A DNA stretch of 64,000 bases from assembly GCA_965219455.1 (NCBI GenBank), contig OZ244744.1, positions 864,001 to 928,000 of the forward strand, written 5' to 3'. The DNA is from Candidatus Latescibacterota bacterium (lineage in GTDB: Bacteria > Latescibacterota > UBA2968 > GCA-2709665). A program made the translations under genes and the position numbers. A model generated the notes under the pieces. That model worked only from the letters and a program-made list of their open reading frames with translations. It did no database searches and was not told the DNA's origin. Of the stretch, positions 49,604 to 59,383 are shown one piece after another. Positions within the stretch are counted from its first letter, which is position 1; each line of letters begins with the position of its first letter.

Positions 49604-51988
49604 TTAGAAGAACTGCGGACCGAACTGGAAATGCGTTACCATCTGCGGCTTTTGGCCGTCTACGCGCCGCCTGTCAAAACCCCAGGCAAAGTCAAATCCC
49701 ATAATACCCACAACCGGCGCAATCATACGAAACCCGACACCCACCGACCGCCTTAAATCGAAAAGGCTTGTTTCTGAAATACTATCCCACGCGTTGCCGG
49801 CGTCTGCGAACGCCAGCGCGTAAAACTGCTGTTGCACGACGGGAAGGGTGATTTCCAGGTTGAAGAGCAGTTGCGAATTCCCTCCGTCCGGAACGCCGTT
49901 TATGCGCGGTCCAAGAGACTGCTCCGGATAGCCGCGCACCATGGTGCCCTCAAAAATGCTCACGCCCCCCGGTGTGTATCGCTCGTTGAATGGCACGTCG
50001 GTATCGTTGAACGGCCTTACAAGCCCGATGGTTGTCTTCATATTCAGCGCGAACCGCCATGCGACCGGGAAATAGAAACTGGTTATGAAGTCGTGCTTAA
50101 GGAAATCCGTATTGCCGCCCAGGGGACCGCCCGCAAAGGTCGGTGAGTAGGAAAACACGGAACCGCTGGTTGGAAATACCGGCAGATCCCGGCTGTTGCG
50201 CGTGAAGTTCAGATTCACGCTGCTGGTTACGTTGTCGCGAAAAGAAGATTGCGCGGCCGGTTCGAAGTCTTCGGCGAAATTCCGGAATTTAACCTGCTCG
50301 ATCCGGTAACCTACGGATGCCCTTGAGAAATCGGGCCATACCAGCCGGCGCCCGACGGTAGCCAGAGCGCCCTGCCTGCGCTCGTCGAAGCCACTGTAAT
50401 ACCGGCGGTTGGTTCGGAAGATCAGACCCTGTAGACTCGTGGGCGTATTTAACAACCAGGGTTCCGTAAACCCCGTCCTGAACGACTGGCGCCGGTCGCC
50501 GAACTCCAACTGAAATTCCAGCTGCTGTCCGTTGCCCATAAAGTTGGGAATCTGTAGCGCTATCGTCCCAAGCAGGCCGTCGTACTGGCTGTAGCCGGCG
50601 CCGACGGACGCCGTGCCGGTAGACTTCTCCTCAACTACAAGGATAACGTCGAGTTCGGACGTCTCCTCCACGGGTTTCAGTTCCGGCACCACGTTGCTGA
50701 AATAGTTCAACTGTTGAATATTCCGGATACTGCGTTCAATGCCGGACCTTCGAAAGGTCTGGCCCGGACGAATCCAGAGTTCCCTGCGGATCACCCTGTC
50801 CTTTGTCTTCGTGTTGCCCGAAATCGTAACCTGCCGGATCTTCCACGGCTTATTCTCCACAATGTCAAAGTGCATATTGATCGTGTGCGGTGTATCGGCC
50901 AATCTCTCCTGGACCGCGACGGATGCCGTGATATAACCGATATCGCTGTACAGATTCTGGATTCCCTCCTGGGATTTGTTCTTCTGTTCGGAACTGTACA
51001 CCTCCTCTTCCTTGGCAACGATCATCCTGTCGATACCTGCGTCTTTGACGCGTTCGTTTCCCTCCCAGGTAATCTTGCCGAACTTGTACAGGGGCCCTTC
51101 ATCCAGGTACATATCAATAAAGAGATTCGCCTTTGCATCGTCATAATACAGGCTGTCGCGAAGAATCTCCGCATTGCGAAATCCATTCGCCTGGTAAAAC
51201 GCGAGCAGCGCCTGTTTGTCTTCGTGATAGGTATCTTCGGCGAACTGATTCCGGCGCAGAATTCCCCCGACCTGTTTGGTCTCTTTCATCACCTTTCGCA
51301 GCTTCTTGCCTTCAAACGTCTGATTGCCAAAAAACTGAATACGGCGCAGCTTCACCTTGAGACCCTCGTTCACTTTGAACGTAAGCATCACCTGACCGTC
51401 TTCATTCGGGTCTCCCTGCGTACCTTCGACGCTGGCGAGGAGGAATCCCTCTTCCTTGTACAGATCCACGATCTTGTTTTCCGCGCGTCTGACTTCATGC
51501 GGCGATAGCCACTGTTTTTCTATGAATGCCAGTTTCTTCTTCAGCTTCTTCGATTTGATGCCCTCGTTGCCTTCGAAATGCACGTCGTCCAGCTTGGGAT
51601 ATTCTTTCACGACAATCACAACGGCCACGCCTTCTTCCACATCTGAATCGACGTAGACCTGGATGTCTGAAAAAATATTCAACCGGTGGAGATTGCGGAT
51701 CACGCGGGGAGGATCATCCGGTAAGACAAGCTTCTGCCCCTCGGCCAGCCCGGAGGAGAACCGGATCAGAGATGCTTCCGTGATCTGATTGCCCCCGACT
51801 CTGATCTCGGAAATAACGGGCGCCTCCTGCGCCGTCGCCGTCCAGGGAGACAGGAGGTCCAGAAGCACAAGAAAACATCCGATAAGGATACTCAACAAAG
51901 CCATTTGCCTCCGTAACGCCAGCCTGCGGTTTTCAGGGATATTCAGCCTGGGCCTACGTCCGCCACAATCGAACAAACGCTCCGTCAT
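49604..51988 (-). CDS. bamA: Outer membrane protein assembly factor BamA (start uncertain: 51988 or 51905)
   Basis: POTRA repeats ('GNTKTKDRVIRREL'), VRGY loop, C-terminal FQFGPQFF. Confidence 0.93.
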   Translation of the reverse strand: MTERLFDCGGRRPRLNIPENRRLALRRQMALLSILIGCFLVLLDLLSPWTATAQEAPVISEIRVGGNQITEASLIRFSSGLAEGQKLVLPDDPPRVIRNLHRLNIFSDIQVYVDSDVEEGVAVVIVVKEYPKLDDVHFEGNEGIKSKKLKKKLAFIEKQWLSPHEVRRAENKIVDLYKEEGFLLASVEGTQGDPNEDGQVMLTFKVNEGLKVKLRRIQFFGNQTFEGKKLRKVMKETKQVGGILRRNQFAEDTYHEDKQALLAFYQANGFRNAEILRDSLYYDDAKANLFIDMYLDEGPLYKFGKITWEGNERVKDAGIDRMIVAKEEEVYSSEQKNKSQEGIQNLYSDIGYITASVAVQERLADTPHTINMHFDIVENKPWKIRQVTISGNTKTKDRVIRRELWIRPGQTFRRSGIERSIRNIQQLNYFSNVVPELKPVEETSELDVILVVEEKSTGTASVGAGYSQYDGLLGTIALQIPNFMGNGQQLEFQLEFGDRRQSFRTGFTEPWLLNTPTSLQGLIFRTNRRYYSGFDERRQGALATVGRRLVWPDFSRASVGYRIEQVKFRNFAEDFEPAAQSSFRDNVTSSVNLNFTRNSRDLPVFPTSGSVFSYSPTFAGGPLGGNTDFLKHDFITSFYFPVAWRFALNMKTTIGLVRPFNDTDVPFNERYTPGGVSIFEGTMVRGYPEQSLGPRINGVPDGGNSQLLFNLEITLPVVQQQFYALAFADAGNAWDSISETSLFDLRRSVGVGFRMIAPVVGIMGFDFAWGFDRRRVDGQKPQMVTHFQFGPQFF

Positions 51989-52004
51989 AACAAAAGTTCC
52001 TGTT

Positions 52005-52205
52005 AGTGTTCTGTCCCGGAAATAGATTGCCTGAATTCGGCCGACCAGAAGCAGCAAAAACAGCGATCAGCTATAAGCGGTCAGCTTGAATCAAAAACTC
52101 AATCAGTTGGCGTCAGCGCCGCGAAGAGGCGGGACCAGAACGGGCGAAGCGTGAGACGGGATGAATCGGCGGGAGAATGGTGAGATATTTTTGGGACAGG
52201 ACACC
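52005..52205. mobile_element. MITE family B, 201-bp copy
   Basis: AGTGTTCTGTCCCGGAAATAGATTGCCTGAATTCGGCCG...GAATGGTGAGATATTTTTGGGACAGGACACC; inverted relative to 54885. Confidence 0.78.
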
Positions 52206-52318
52206 AATTCGGGCCCGTACGGAAAAATTGGGCCCGGCCGTACGTCCGGACCCAATTGGTCATGATCGAAGTGAAATCAGAGCAAAACTGACAACAAGCC
52301 CACGCGCCAGGCGCCGTT

Positions 52319-54790
52319 TCATTCGTCCGAAACACGATCCACCACTTCTTGGTCGGCAGCGGCGGCGGCAACCGCACTGGCATCCACAAAATGGAGCCCG
52401 TCACCCTTCTTGCTGACGCGCACCTCACTCCCGGCGGTGTACTTGCCCTGCAGTATCTCTTCCGCCATCGGATCTTCCACGAGCTTCTGTATGGTGCGCT
52501 TCAACTGCCGCGCGCCGTAAGTGGGGTCGAACCCTTTTTCAGCAAGAAGCGCCTTGGCGCCCGGTGTGAGACTGATTGCAATATCCCTCTCCTTGAGGCG
52601 ATCGCATATTTCAGCAATTTCGAGATCCACGATCTGAATAATCTCTTTCCGTTCGAGGGCATTGAAGACCACCATCTCGTCCAGCCGGTTCAAAAACTCC
52701 GGATTGAACGTCTTTTTGAGTTCCTCTTCGACGCGCTCTTTCATTTTTTCGCGTATACTCTTTTTGTCGGAACGCTTGAATCCGACCCCTCCGGCCTTCG
52801 CCAGGTCACGCGTTCCGAGATTGGAGGTCATAATCAATATTGCATTCTTGAAGTTGACTTTCCGGCCGAAGCTATCGGTCAGACGCCCCTCGTCGAGGAC
52901 CTGTAGAAGCAGGTTGAACACATCCGGATGGGCCTTTTCAATCTCGTCCAGCAGAACCACCGAGTAGGGCTTTCTGCGGACCTTTTCGGTCAGTTGGCCG
53001 CCCTCGTCGTAGCCCACATAACCAGGTGGCGCGCCGATAAGCCGGGAAACCGCGAATTTCTCCATATACTCCGACATATCCACCGTGATGAGCGCTTCAT
53101 CGTCGTCGAACAGGTACCCGGCGAGCGCCTGCGCCAAATAGGTTTTGCCCACACCCGTCGGTCCCAGAAAGAGAAACGTGCCGATGGGACGATTCGGGTC
53201 TTTCAGCCCGGCTCGCGTGCGACGAATGGAGCGGCAGACCGTGTCCACGGCTTCGCCCTGGCCGACCACCCGTCTCTTTACCTTCTCGCCCATACGAAGC
53301 AACTTCTCCGACTCCTCCTGCGCCAGCCGGAACGCGGGGATTCCCGTCATGCTGGAAATCACTTCCGCGATTTCCTGCTCAGTCACCTCCACCACTTCGT
53401 CACGAACCTTCTGCTCCCACTCCTGACGCATCTCATCGACCTGTTCCTTCAGCTTGCGCTCCTGGTCTCTGAGTTTGGCGGCCTCTTCGAACTGTTGGCT
53501 GTTTGCAGCCGCATTCTTCTGCCTTGTGATGTCCTCGATTTCAAGTTCAAGCGCCTTGATCTCTTCAGGCGGATTCAACCGGCCGAGACGCACACGGGAT
53601 CCTGTTTCGTCAATCACGTCGATCGCTTTGTCAGGCAGGTACCGGTCGCTGATATACCGGTCGGCCATACGAACGGCGCTCTCAACGGCGCCCTTTGTAT
53701 AGGTTACTAGATGGTGGGCCTCGAATCTCTCCTTCAGTCCTTTGAGGATATCAATTGCGTCGTCCACCGAGGGCGAGTCGACCAGAATGGTCTGAAAACG
53801 CCGTTCCAGCGCGCCGTCCTTTTCGATGTATTTGCGGTATTCGTCAAGCGTCGTTGCGCCTATGCATTGAAGTTCACCTCTCGAAAACGCCGGCTTGAAC
53901 ATATTGGAGGCGTCCAGCGTTCCCTCGGCGCTTCCGGCGCCCACGATGGTATGCAATTCGTCGATAAAGATAATCACATCCTGGCTCTGCTGGAGTTCGT
54001 TCATAACCGCCTTGATGCGCTCTTCAAACTGGCCACGGTATTTGGTGCCCGCGACCATGCCGCCCATATCCAGCGTAACCATGCGTTTGTCTGCCAGCAA
54101 CTGCGGCACCCGGCGCTCCACGATGCGCTGGGCAAGTCCTTCGACGATAGCTGTTTTCCCCACCCCAGGTTCTCCGATCAGTACCGGGTTGTTCTTTTTT
54201 CGCCGGCTGAGCACCTGAGATACCCGTTCAATCTCCCGCTCCCTGCCAATGAGCGGATCCAGCTTGCCCTCGCGCGCCAGTTCCGTCAGGTCGCGACCAA
54301 AATGATCCAAATAGGGGGTCTTGCTTTTCTTCTTTTCGCGTTTACCCGTCGGTTTCCCCTGCAAGACAGCAATCACCTCCTCCTTCACGGTCTTATAGTC
54401 GACGCCGAACCCAACCAGAATCTGCGCCGCAATCGTCTCTTTGTCCTTCACTAACGCCACCAGCAGATGACAGGTTCGAACGTATTGGCTCTTCATCTCT
54501 TTGGCTTCGGTGGCCGCAATTTCGAGAATCTGTTTTGCCCGCGGCGTGAAGGGCACGTCGCCCATCGTCATCGACCCGCCGGAATATGCGACATAGTCGT
54601 CGATCGATTGTTTGATCTTGTCCAGGTTCAATCCCAGATTCAACATCACGTTGACGGCCGAACCCTTACCCTCCCGGATAATGCCGAGCAAGAGGTGCTC
54701 GCTGCTTATGTGATTATTGCCAAGCCGGGCTGCCTCTTCGCGGACCAGCCGCATCACCCGCTTCACCCGATCCGAGAATCTGCTATTCAT
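52319..54790 (-). CDS. clpC: ATP-dependent Clp protease ATP-binding subunit
   Basis: Clp-N repeats, two AAA modules ([16 protein letters not shown]), UVR domain; GAGGAG RBS. Confidence 0.93.
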   Translation of the reverse strand: MNSRFSDRVKRVMRLVREEAARLGNNHISSEHLLLGIIREGKGSAVNVMLNLGLNLDKIKQSIDDYVAYSGGSMTMGDVPFTPRAKQILEIAATEAKEMKSQYVRTCHLLVALVKDKETIAAQILVGFGVDYKTVKEEVIAVLQGKPTGKREKKKSKTPYLDHFGRDLTELAREGKLDPLIGREREIERVSQVLSRRKKNNPVLIGEPGVGKTAIVEGLAQRIVERRVPQLLADKRMVTLDMGGMVAGTKYRGQFEERIKAVMNELQQSQDVIIFIDELHTIVGAGSAEGTLDASNMFKPAFSRGELQCIGATTLDEYRKYIEKDGALERRFQTILVDSPSVDDAIDILKGLKERFEAHHLVTYTKGAVESAVRMADRYISDRYLPDKAIDVIDETGSRVRLGRLNPPEEIKALELEIEDITRQKNAAANSQQFEEAAKLRDQERKLKEQVDEMRQEWEQKVRDEVVEVTEQEIAEVISSMTGIPAFRLAQEESEKLLRMGEKVKRRVVGQGEAVDTVCRSIRRTRAGLKDPNRPIGTFLFLGPTGVGKTYLAQALAGYLFDDDEALITVDMSEYMEKFAVSRLIGAPPGYVGYDEGGQLTEKVRRKPYSVVLLDEIEKAHPDVFNLLLQVLDEGRLTDSFGRKVNFKNAILIMTSNLGTRDLAKAGGVGFKRSDKKSIREKMKERVEEELKKTFNPEFLNRLDEMVVFNALERKEIIQIVDLEIAEICDRLKERDIAISLTPGAKALLAEKGFDPTYGARQLKRTIQKLVEDPMAEEILQGKYTAGSEVRVSKKGDGLHFVDASAVAAAAADQEVVDRVSDE

Positions 54791-54884
54791 GGGACTTGTC
54801 TCCTCTAGACCCTCTGCCGTGGCCGGTGGGCCATCTCTCAACTGCCCGATAAGGCTTTACATATCGTCCACAAGGCCCGGAACC

Positions 54885-55070
54885 AGTGTCCCGTACCAGA
54901 AATATGTCACCATTCATCCGCCGGTTCATCCCGTCTCGCTGCGTTACCTTCACTCGCCGACCTTGCGCAGGTCGACTCGCTCAGGCGCTGGTTCCTGAGC
55001 CTGTCGAAGGATGCGAGCCGGGCGACTCGGCGGCCGAATTCAGGCAATCTATTTCCGGGACAGAACACTA
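54885..55070. mobile_element. MITE family B, 185-bp copy
   Basis: AGTGTCCCGTACCAGAAATATGTCACCATTC...GAATTCAGGCAATCTATTTCCGGGACAGAACACTA. Confidence 0.78.
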
Positions 55071-55757
55071 ACCACCGCGCCCTTCATGGACGATTCTTCC
55101 GTCTTCCATCCGAATGATCCGATCCGCCCTGGCTGCCAACGTCTGATCGTGCGTGGCGATAACAAAGGTCTGTTTCAGGCTGCCGGCCAGTTTCCAGATC
55201 AGATCGTGCAATTCCCTGCTGCGTTCCGCGTCCAGGTTGCCGGAAGGCTCGTCCGCCAGCACCAGCCTGGGCCGCCCCACGAGGGCCCTTGCCACGGCCA
55301 CGCGCTGGGATTCTCCGCCGGACAGTTCCGAGGGCAGATGACGGCGGCGCTCGAAGAGCCCCACCGAATTCAATAAATCCTCGGCCGCGGCCTGAGCTTC
55401 GGACACGGGCCGCCCCTGGATCATCAGAGGCAGCATCACGTTTTCTTCTGCGGTAAAATCGTTCAACAAATGGTGAAACTGAAAAACAAACCCCACGGAC
55501 TCGTTTCGGAACCGTGCCCGCTCCGTGTCCGACAGCGCGAAGACATCGTTGCCGCCGACACAAACCGTTCCACTCGTGGGGCGATCCAGGCCACCCAGAA
55601 TGTGCAGCAGCGTACTCTTCCCGACACCGGAAGGGCCAACCACCGCCACCACTTCCCCCTGCGCGACGGAGAGGGCGACGCCCTTGAGCACCCGTATTTC
55701 CGAACTGCCGACCCGGTACTGTTTAACCAGATCCGCAGCCTCCAGCAGGCTACGCAT
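55068..55757 (-). CDS. lolD: LolD-like ABC ATPase
   Basis: GPSGVGKS, 'GFVFQFHHLL', LSGGE, 'ADEPSGNLD'. Confidence 0.82.
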   Translation of the reverse strand: MRSLLEAADLVKQYRVGSSEIRVLKGVALSVAQGEVVAVVGPSGVGKSTLLHILGGLDRPTSGTVCVGGNDVFALSDTERARFRNESVGFVFQFHHLLNDFTAEENVMLPLMIQGRPVSEAQAAAEDLLNSVGLFERRRHLPSELSGGESQRVAVARALVGRPRLVLADEPSGNLDAERSRELHDLIWKLAGSLKQTFVIATHDQTLAARADRIIRMEDGRIVHEGRGG

Positions 55758-57294
55758 CGCCGTCTATCTCCGAACGGCCCTCCTCGGGCCGCATGTGCGG
55801 AAATAGAATGACGTCACGAATGGAACGCGCATCGGTGAGAAGCATCACAAGCCGGTCCACGCCAAACCCCATACCGCCCGTAGGCGGCATGCCATATTCC
55901 ATTGCCCTCAGGAAATCGGCGTCGAGGACCTGCGCCTCTTCATCCCCGCTCTCCCGCAACGAGGCCTGGTGTTCGAAACGTTTCCGCTGGTCGATCGGAT
56001 CGTTAAGTTCAGAAAATGCATTGGCCGCCTCCCAACCACAGATAAACGGCTCAAACCTTTCCGTGAGTTCCGGGTGTTTCCGGTGCCTCTTGGCCAACGG
56101 CGACATCTCCACCGGGTAATCCGTAATGAACGTGGGTTGAATCAGGTGAGGCTGAACGACCGCCTCAAAGATCTCATCCATCAGATGGCCACGCTGCGCA
56201 CGGGAGTCCACCTCGAGTTCCAGGTTTCGGCAGATCTCCCTCAATGCTTCCACCGAAGCGTCGGCCACGTCGAAGTTACCGTAAGCCTTGATGGCATCCA
56301 GAAGGGTCATCCGCCGCCAGGGCGGGCCAAGATCAATCTCCCTCCCTTGATAAACAACCTTGCTTGCCCCCGTAACCGATTTGGCGACCGAAGCGAACAA
56401 AGACTCGGTCAGCTCCATCATGTCGGTATAATCGGCGTACGCCTGATAGGCCTCCAGCATGGTGAATTCGGGATTGTGGGTGCGGTCGATACCTTCGTTT
56501 CGGAAATCCCGGCTGAATTCGTAAACCTTTTCAAATCCGCCCACAATCAGGCGCTTCAGATAAAGCTCGTTCGAAATCCGCAGATAGAGCTTCATATCCA
56601 GCGCATTGTGATGGGTCGTAAAGGGCCGCGCCGAAGCGCCGCCATAAAGCGGCTGCAACACCGGCGTGTCGGCTTCCAGGAACCCGCGGGCGTCAAAAAA
56701 ATTGCGAATAGCGGAAAACGTTGCCGTCCGCTTGCGAAACACGTCCTTTACATCCGGATTCAGCGTCAGGTCGAGGTAACGGCGGCGGTATCGCAGTTCG
56801 GGGTCGCTGAAGGCATCGTGGACAACCCGCTGCCCGTCTTTCACCTCTTCCTTGGGCACGGGTAACGGCCGAATGGCCTTGGAAAGCAGTTCCAACGCGT
56901 GCACCTTCAAGGTCATCTCGCCCGTTCGGGTTCGAAATACGGATCCCTCGACCCCGACGAAATCTCCAATATCGAGCAATTTCCAAAGATCGAACGCCTT
57001 TTCCCCCACCGCATCCCGTCTTACGTAGATCTGAATCCGGCCCATTTCGTCCAGAAGATCGGCAAAGGCCGACTTGCCATGGTCCCTTCTGGCCATGAGA
57101 CGCCCCGCCACCGTCACTTTCCGCCCGTCCTGTTCGAGCGTCTGAAACGTCTCCCTGACTTCCCCGGAGCGATGGGTCACTTCGAACCGATACGGATAGG
57201 GCTCCACGCCCATCTCTCGAATCGACTCCAGCTTTTGCAAACGCTGGGCAACCAGTTGTGTCTCCGGGGCGGAAGACGCCCCTTCCTGAGCCAA
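55750..57294 (-). CDS. lysS: Lysyl-tRNA synthetase, class II (TTG start; alternative ATG at 57312)
   Basis: 'YRRRYLDL', 'GGASARPF', 'FRNEG...HNPEFT', 'YGMPPTGG'. Confidence 0.96.
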   Translation of the reverse strand: MAQEGASSAPETQLVAQRLQKLESIREMGVEPYPYRFEVTHRSGEVRETFQTLEQDGRKVTVAGRLMARRDHGKSAFADLLDEMGRIQIYVRRDAVGEKAFDLWKLLDIGDFVGVEGSVFRTRTGEMTLKVHALELLSKAIRPLPVPKEEVKDGQRVVHDAFSDPELRYRRRYLDLTLNPDVKDVFRKRTATFSAIRNFFDARGFLEADTPVLQPLYGGASARPFTTHHNALDMKLYLRISNELYLKRLIVGGFEKVYEFSRDFRNEGIDRTHNPEFTMLEAYQAYADYTDMMELTESLFASVAKSVTGASKVVYQGREIDLGPPWRRMTLLDAIKAYGNFDVADASVEALREICRNLELEVDSRAQRGHLMDEIFEAVVQPHLIQPTFITDYPVEMSPLAKRHRKHPELTERFEPFICGWEAANAFSELNDPIDQRKRFEHQASLRESGDEEAQVLDADFLRAMEYGMPPTGGMGFGVDRLVMLLTDARSIRDVILFPHMRPEEGRSEIDGDA

Positions 57295-57358
57295 ACGGAT
57301 TCCTCCCGACATAAAATTGATCTCTTGCCGCCAGCGGCCAGGTACGACAATCGGAAAT

Positions 57359-57387
57359 ATTATAATCAATACAAATAGGGAAGTCAA
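57359..57387 (-). promoter_or_regulatory. Near-consensus sigma70 promoter of lysS
   Basis: TTGACT-N17-TATAAT. Confidence 0.8.
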
Positions 57388-57404
57388 GCCCTTTACCCCT
57401 GCGG

Positions 57405-58521
57405 TTACGCCTCCCCTTTCCGTTCCAGAAACGCCCGCATGAATCCGTCCAGACCCCCGTCCATAACGTCTTGAACACCGGATGTTTCGAATTCGGTCCG
57501 CAGGTCTTTGACGAGTTGATAGGGATGGAATACGTAGTTCCGGACCTGGCTGCCGAACTCGATTTTTTTCTTGTCCTTCTCGATCTTCGCGCGGGCTTTC
57601 TCTTCCTCCTCCTTGTAGTGCTGGTACAGCCTGGCTTTAAGGATCTTCATTGCGGAGTTTCGATTCTTGTGTTGCGACCGTTCGTTCTGACACTGAACCA
57701 CAATGCCCGTGGGATGATGCGTCATCCGTACGGCCGAATCCGTCTTGTTCACGTGCTGTCCGCCCGCCCCACTGGACCGATAGGTATCCACGCGGATATC
57801 CTCCGGCAGGATTTCCACCTCGATATCGCCCTCCGCCTCGGGATACACGGAGACCGACGCGAACGACGTGTGACGCCTGCGGCTGGAATCGAACGGAGAA
57901 ATCCGAACCAGTCTATGCACGCCCATTTCAGACTTGAGGTACCCGTACGCGTACTCTCCCTTCATCTCGATGGCCACGCTCTTGATGCCCGCCGTCTCCC
58001 CCGGAAGAAGATCCAGCACATCCGCCTGGAAGCCGCGACGCTCGGCCCATCGGCTGTACATCCTCATCAGCATCTGCGCCCAGTCGGCCGATTCCGTGCC
58101 GCCCGCACCGGGATGAATTGTCAGGATTGCGTTCAGGCGATCCTCCTTTGCGCCCATCATATGCCGGAACTCCAGTTCTTCAAGCGCCCCTCCCAACGTC
58201 CTCTGTTCCCGTTGGAGATCCCGCAGCGTCTCTTCGTCCTGCTCTTCCCGGGCCAGATGGTACAACTCATCCAGTTCCGTGAGCTGCTCATCCAGCCCCT
58301 GCCACCCGGTTACCCAATCCTTGTGGCCATTCACTTTATCGATGATCTGCCGGGCCCGTTCCCGATCGTCCCAGAATCCCGGTCGCTCCATCAACCTCTC
58401 GAGTTCGGCAATATGGGTTTCCCGGGATCCCAGGTCAAAGATGCCTCCGAAGGTTATCCAACCGGTCACGACACTCGGCCAGTCCCGACTTCAGGTTGGT
58501 AAATTGAATATCGACAGCCAT
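57405..58521 (-). CDS. prfB: Peptide chain release factor 2 with programmed +1 frameshift
   Basis: ORF1 58521-58438 (MAVDIQ...RRHL), then CGGAGG-CAT-CTT-TGA-C; ORF2 carries SPF and GGQ. Confidence 0.96.
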
Positions 58522-58633
58522 AAACGCCAACTCCTTTCAGTGATAAAATAACGCCGGGGCCCGTGTCCCGTCCGGCGCCGTTTCGGTCGGCCTGGACCGC
58601 CCGCCCCCTCGTTCGCCTCTTCCGACCTCCGAT

Positions 58634-59302
58634 TCACCTCAAATCAATCACCTCGACACCCTCCGGCGGCACGAAAGTGAACAGATCCGGCTTCAGTTTC
58701 CCATCCACCTTCAAGCGGGAAATCTCGTACGTGGTTACATCTTCGTTCAAATTCAGATATTCTGCCCGTCGGACCAGCCAGAGCTTCCTGTCTACCCACA
58801 GCCGGACCCGGGCGATATAGCTCTCCTCCTGCCGGGCCGTCAGTTCCACGCGATAACAGCGCCTGCCGTCCACGCGCTCCTCTCCGGAAAGCCGGGGCAC
58901 GTACCGATCTTCGTACCCTCCCAGCAGAATAAGGTCGAACAGCAGCTTCTCGTAACTCCGGTCGCCCTTTGCCCGATCGGAACTGCTCAGCAAAACCTGC
59001 TCGTTTTCCGGTGTGTAATTCCAGGCGCTTTCTCCATCCGAAACCACCGTCTGGACCCGTGTCTCAAAACGAAATCGATTCGGTTTCTGCACGTACAGGG
59101 TGCCACTCAGTTCCGTCTTCTGATCCACGAGTTTCCAGTAGTGGTGTTTCCTGAACCGGGCGGAGATACTCGTGAGCTTTTCATATCGCTGCTGCTGCCG
59201 GCGAATCACTTCACGCCCGTCAATGCCCCACAGATCCGAGGGTACCAGGATCGCGCACACGAAAAACAGAAACCTGAGACGTCCGGCGACCATGCGCCTC
59301 AC
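58634..59302 (-). CDS. lolA: Outer membrane lipoprotein carrier protein
   Basis: 'GTLYVQKPNRFRFE', 'VSDG...WNY', 'FTFVPPEGVEVID'; follows ftsK. Confidence 0.85.
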   Translation of the reverse strand: MRRMVAGRLRFLFFVCAILVPSDLWGIDGREVIRRQQQRYEKLTSISARFRKHHYWKLVDQKTELSGTLYVQKPNRFRFETRVQTVVSDGESAWNYTPENEQVLLSSSDRAKGDRSYEKLLFDLILLGGYEDRYVPRLSGEERVDGRRCYRVELTARQEESYIARVRLWVDRKLWLVRRAEYLNLNEDVTTYEISRLKVDGKLKPDLFTFVPPEGVEVIDLR

Positions 59303-59383
59303 CTCTTATAAACCGGCGGCAAAAACACGCCGGGCGCCACCTCGCCCGCCGCATTCCGCCCTTCACCGTTCGCTACCCGGAAA

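Noticed and set aside
51989-52057. N-terminal extension of BamA (MLLLVGRIQAIYFRDRTL)
   Set aside because: It is read-through of MITE family B sequence; the same peptide appears in the spurious ORF at 55011.
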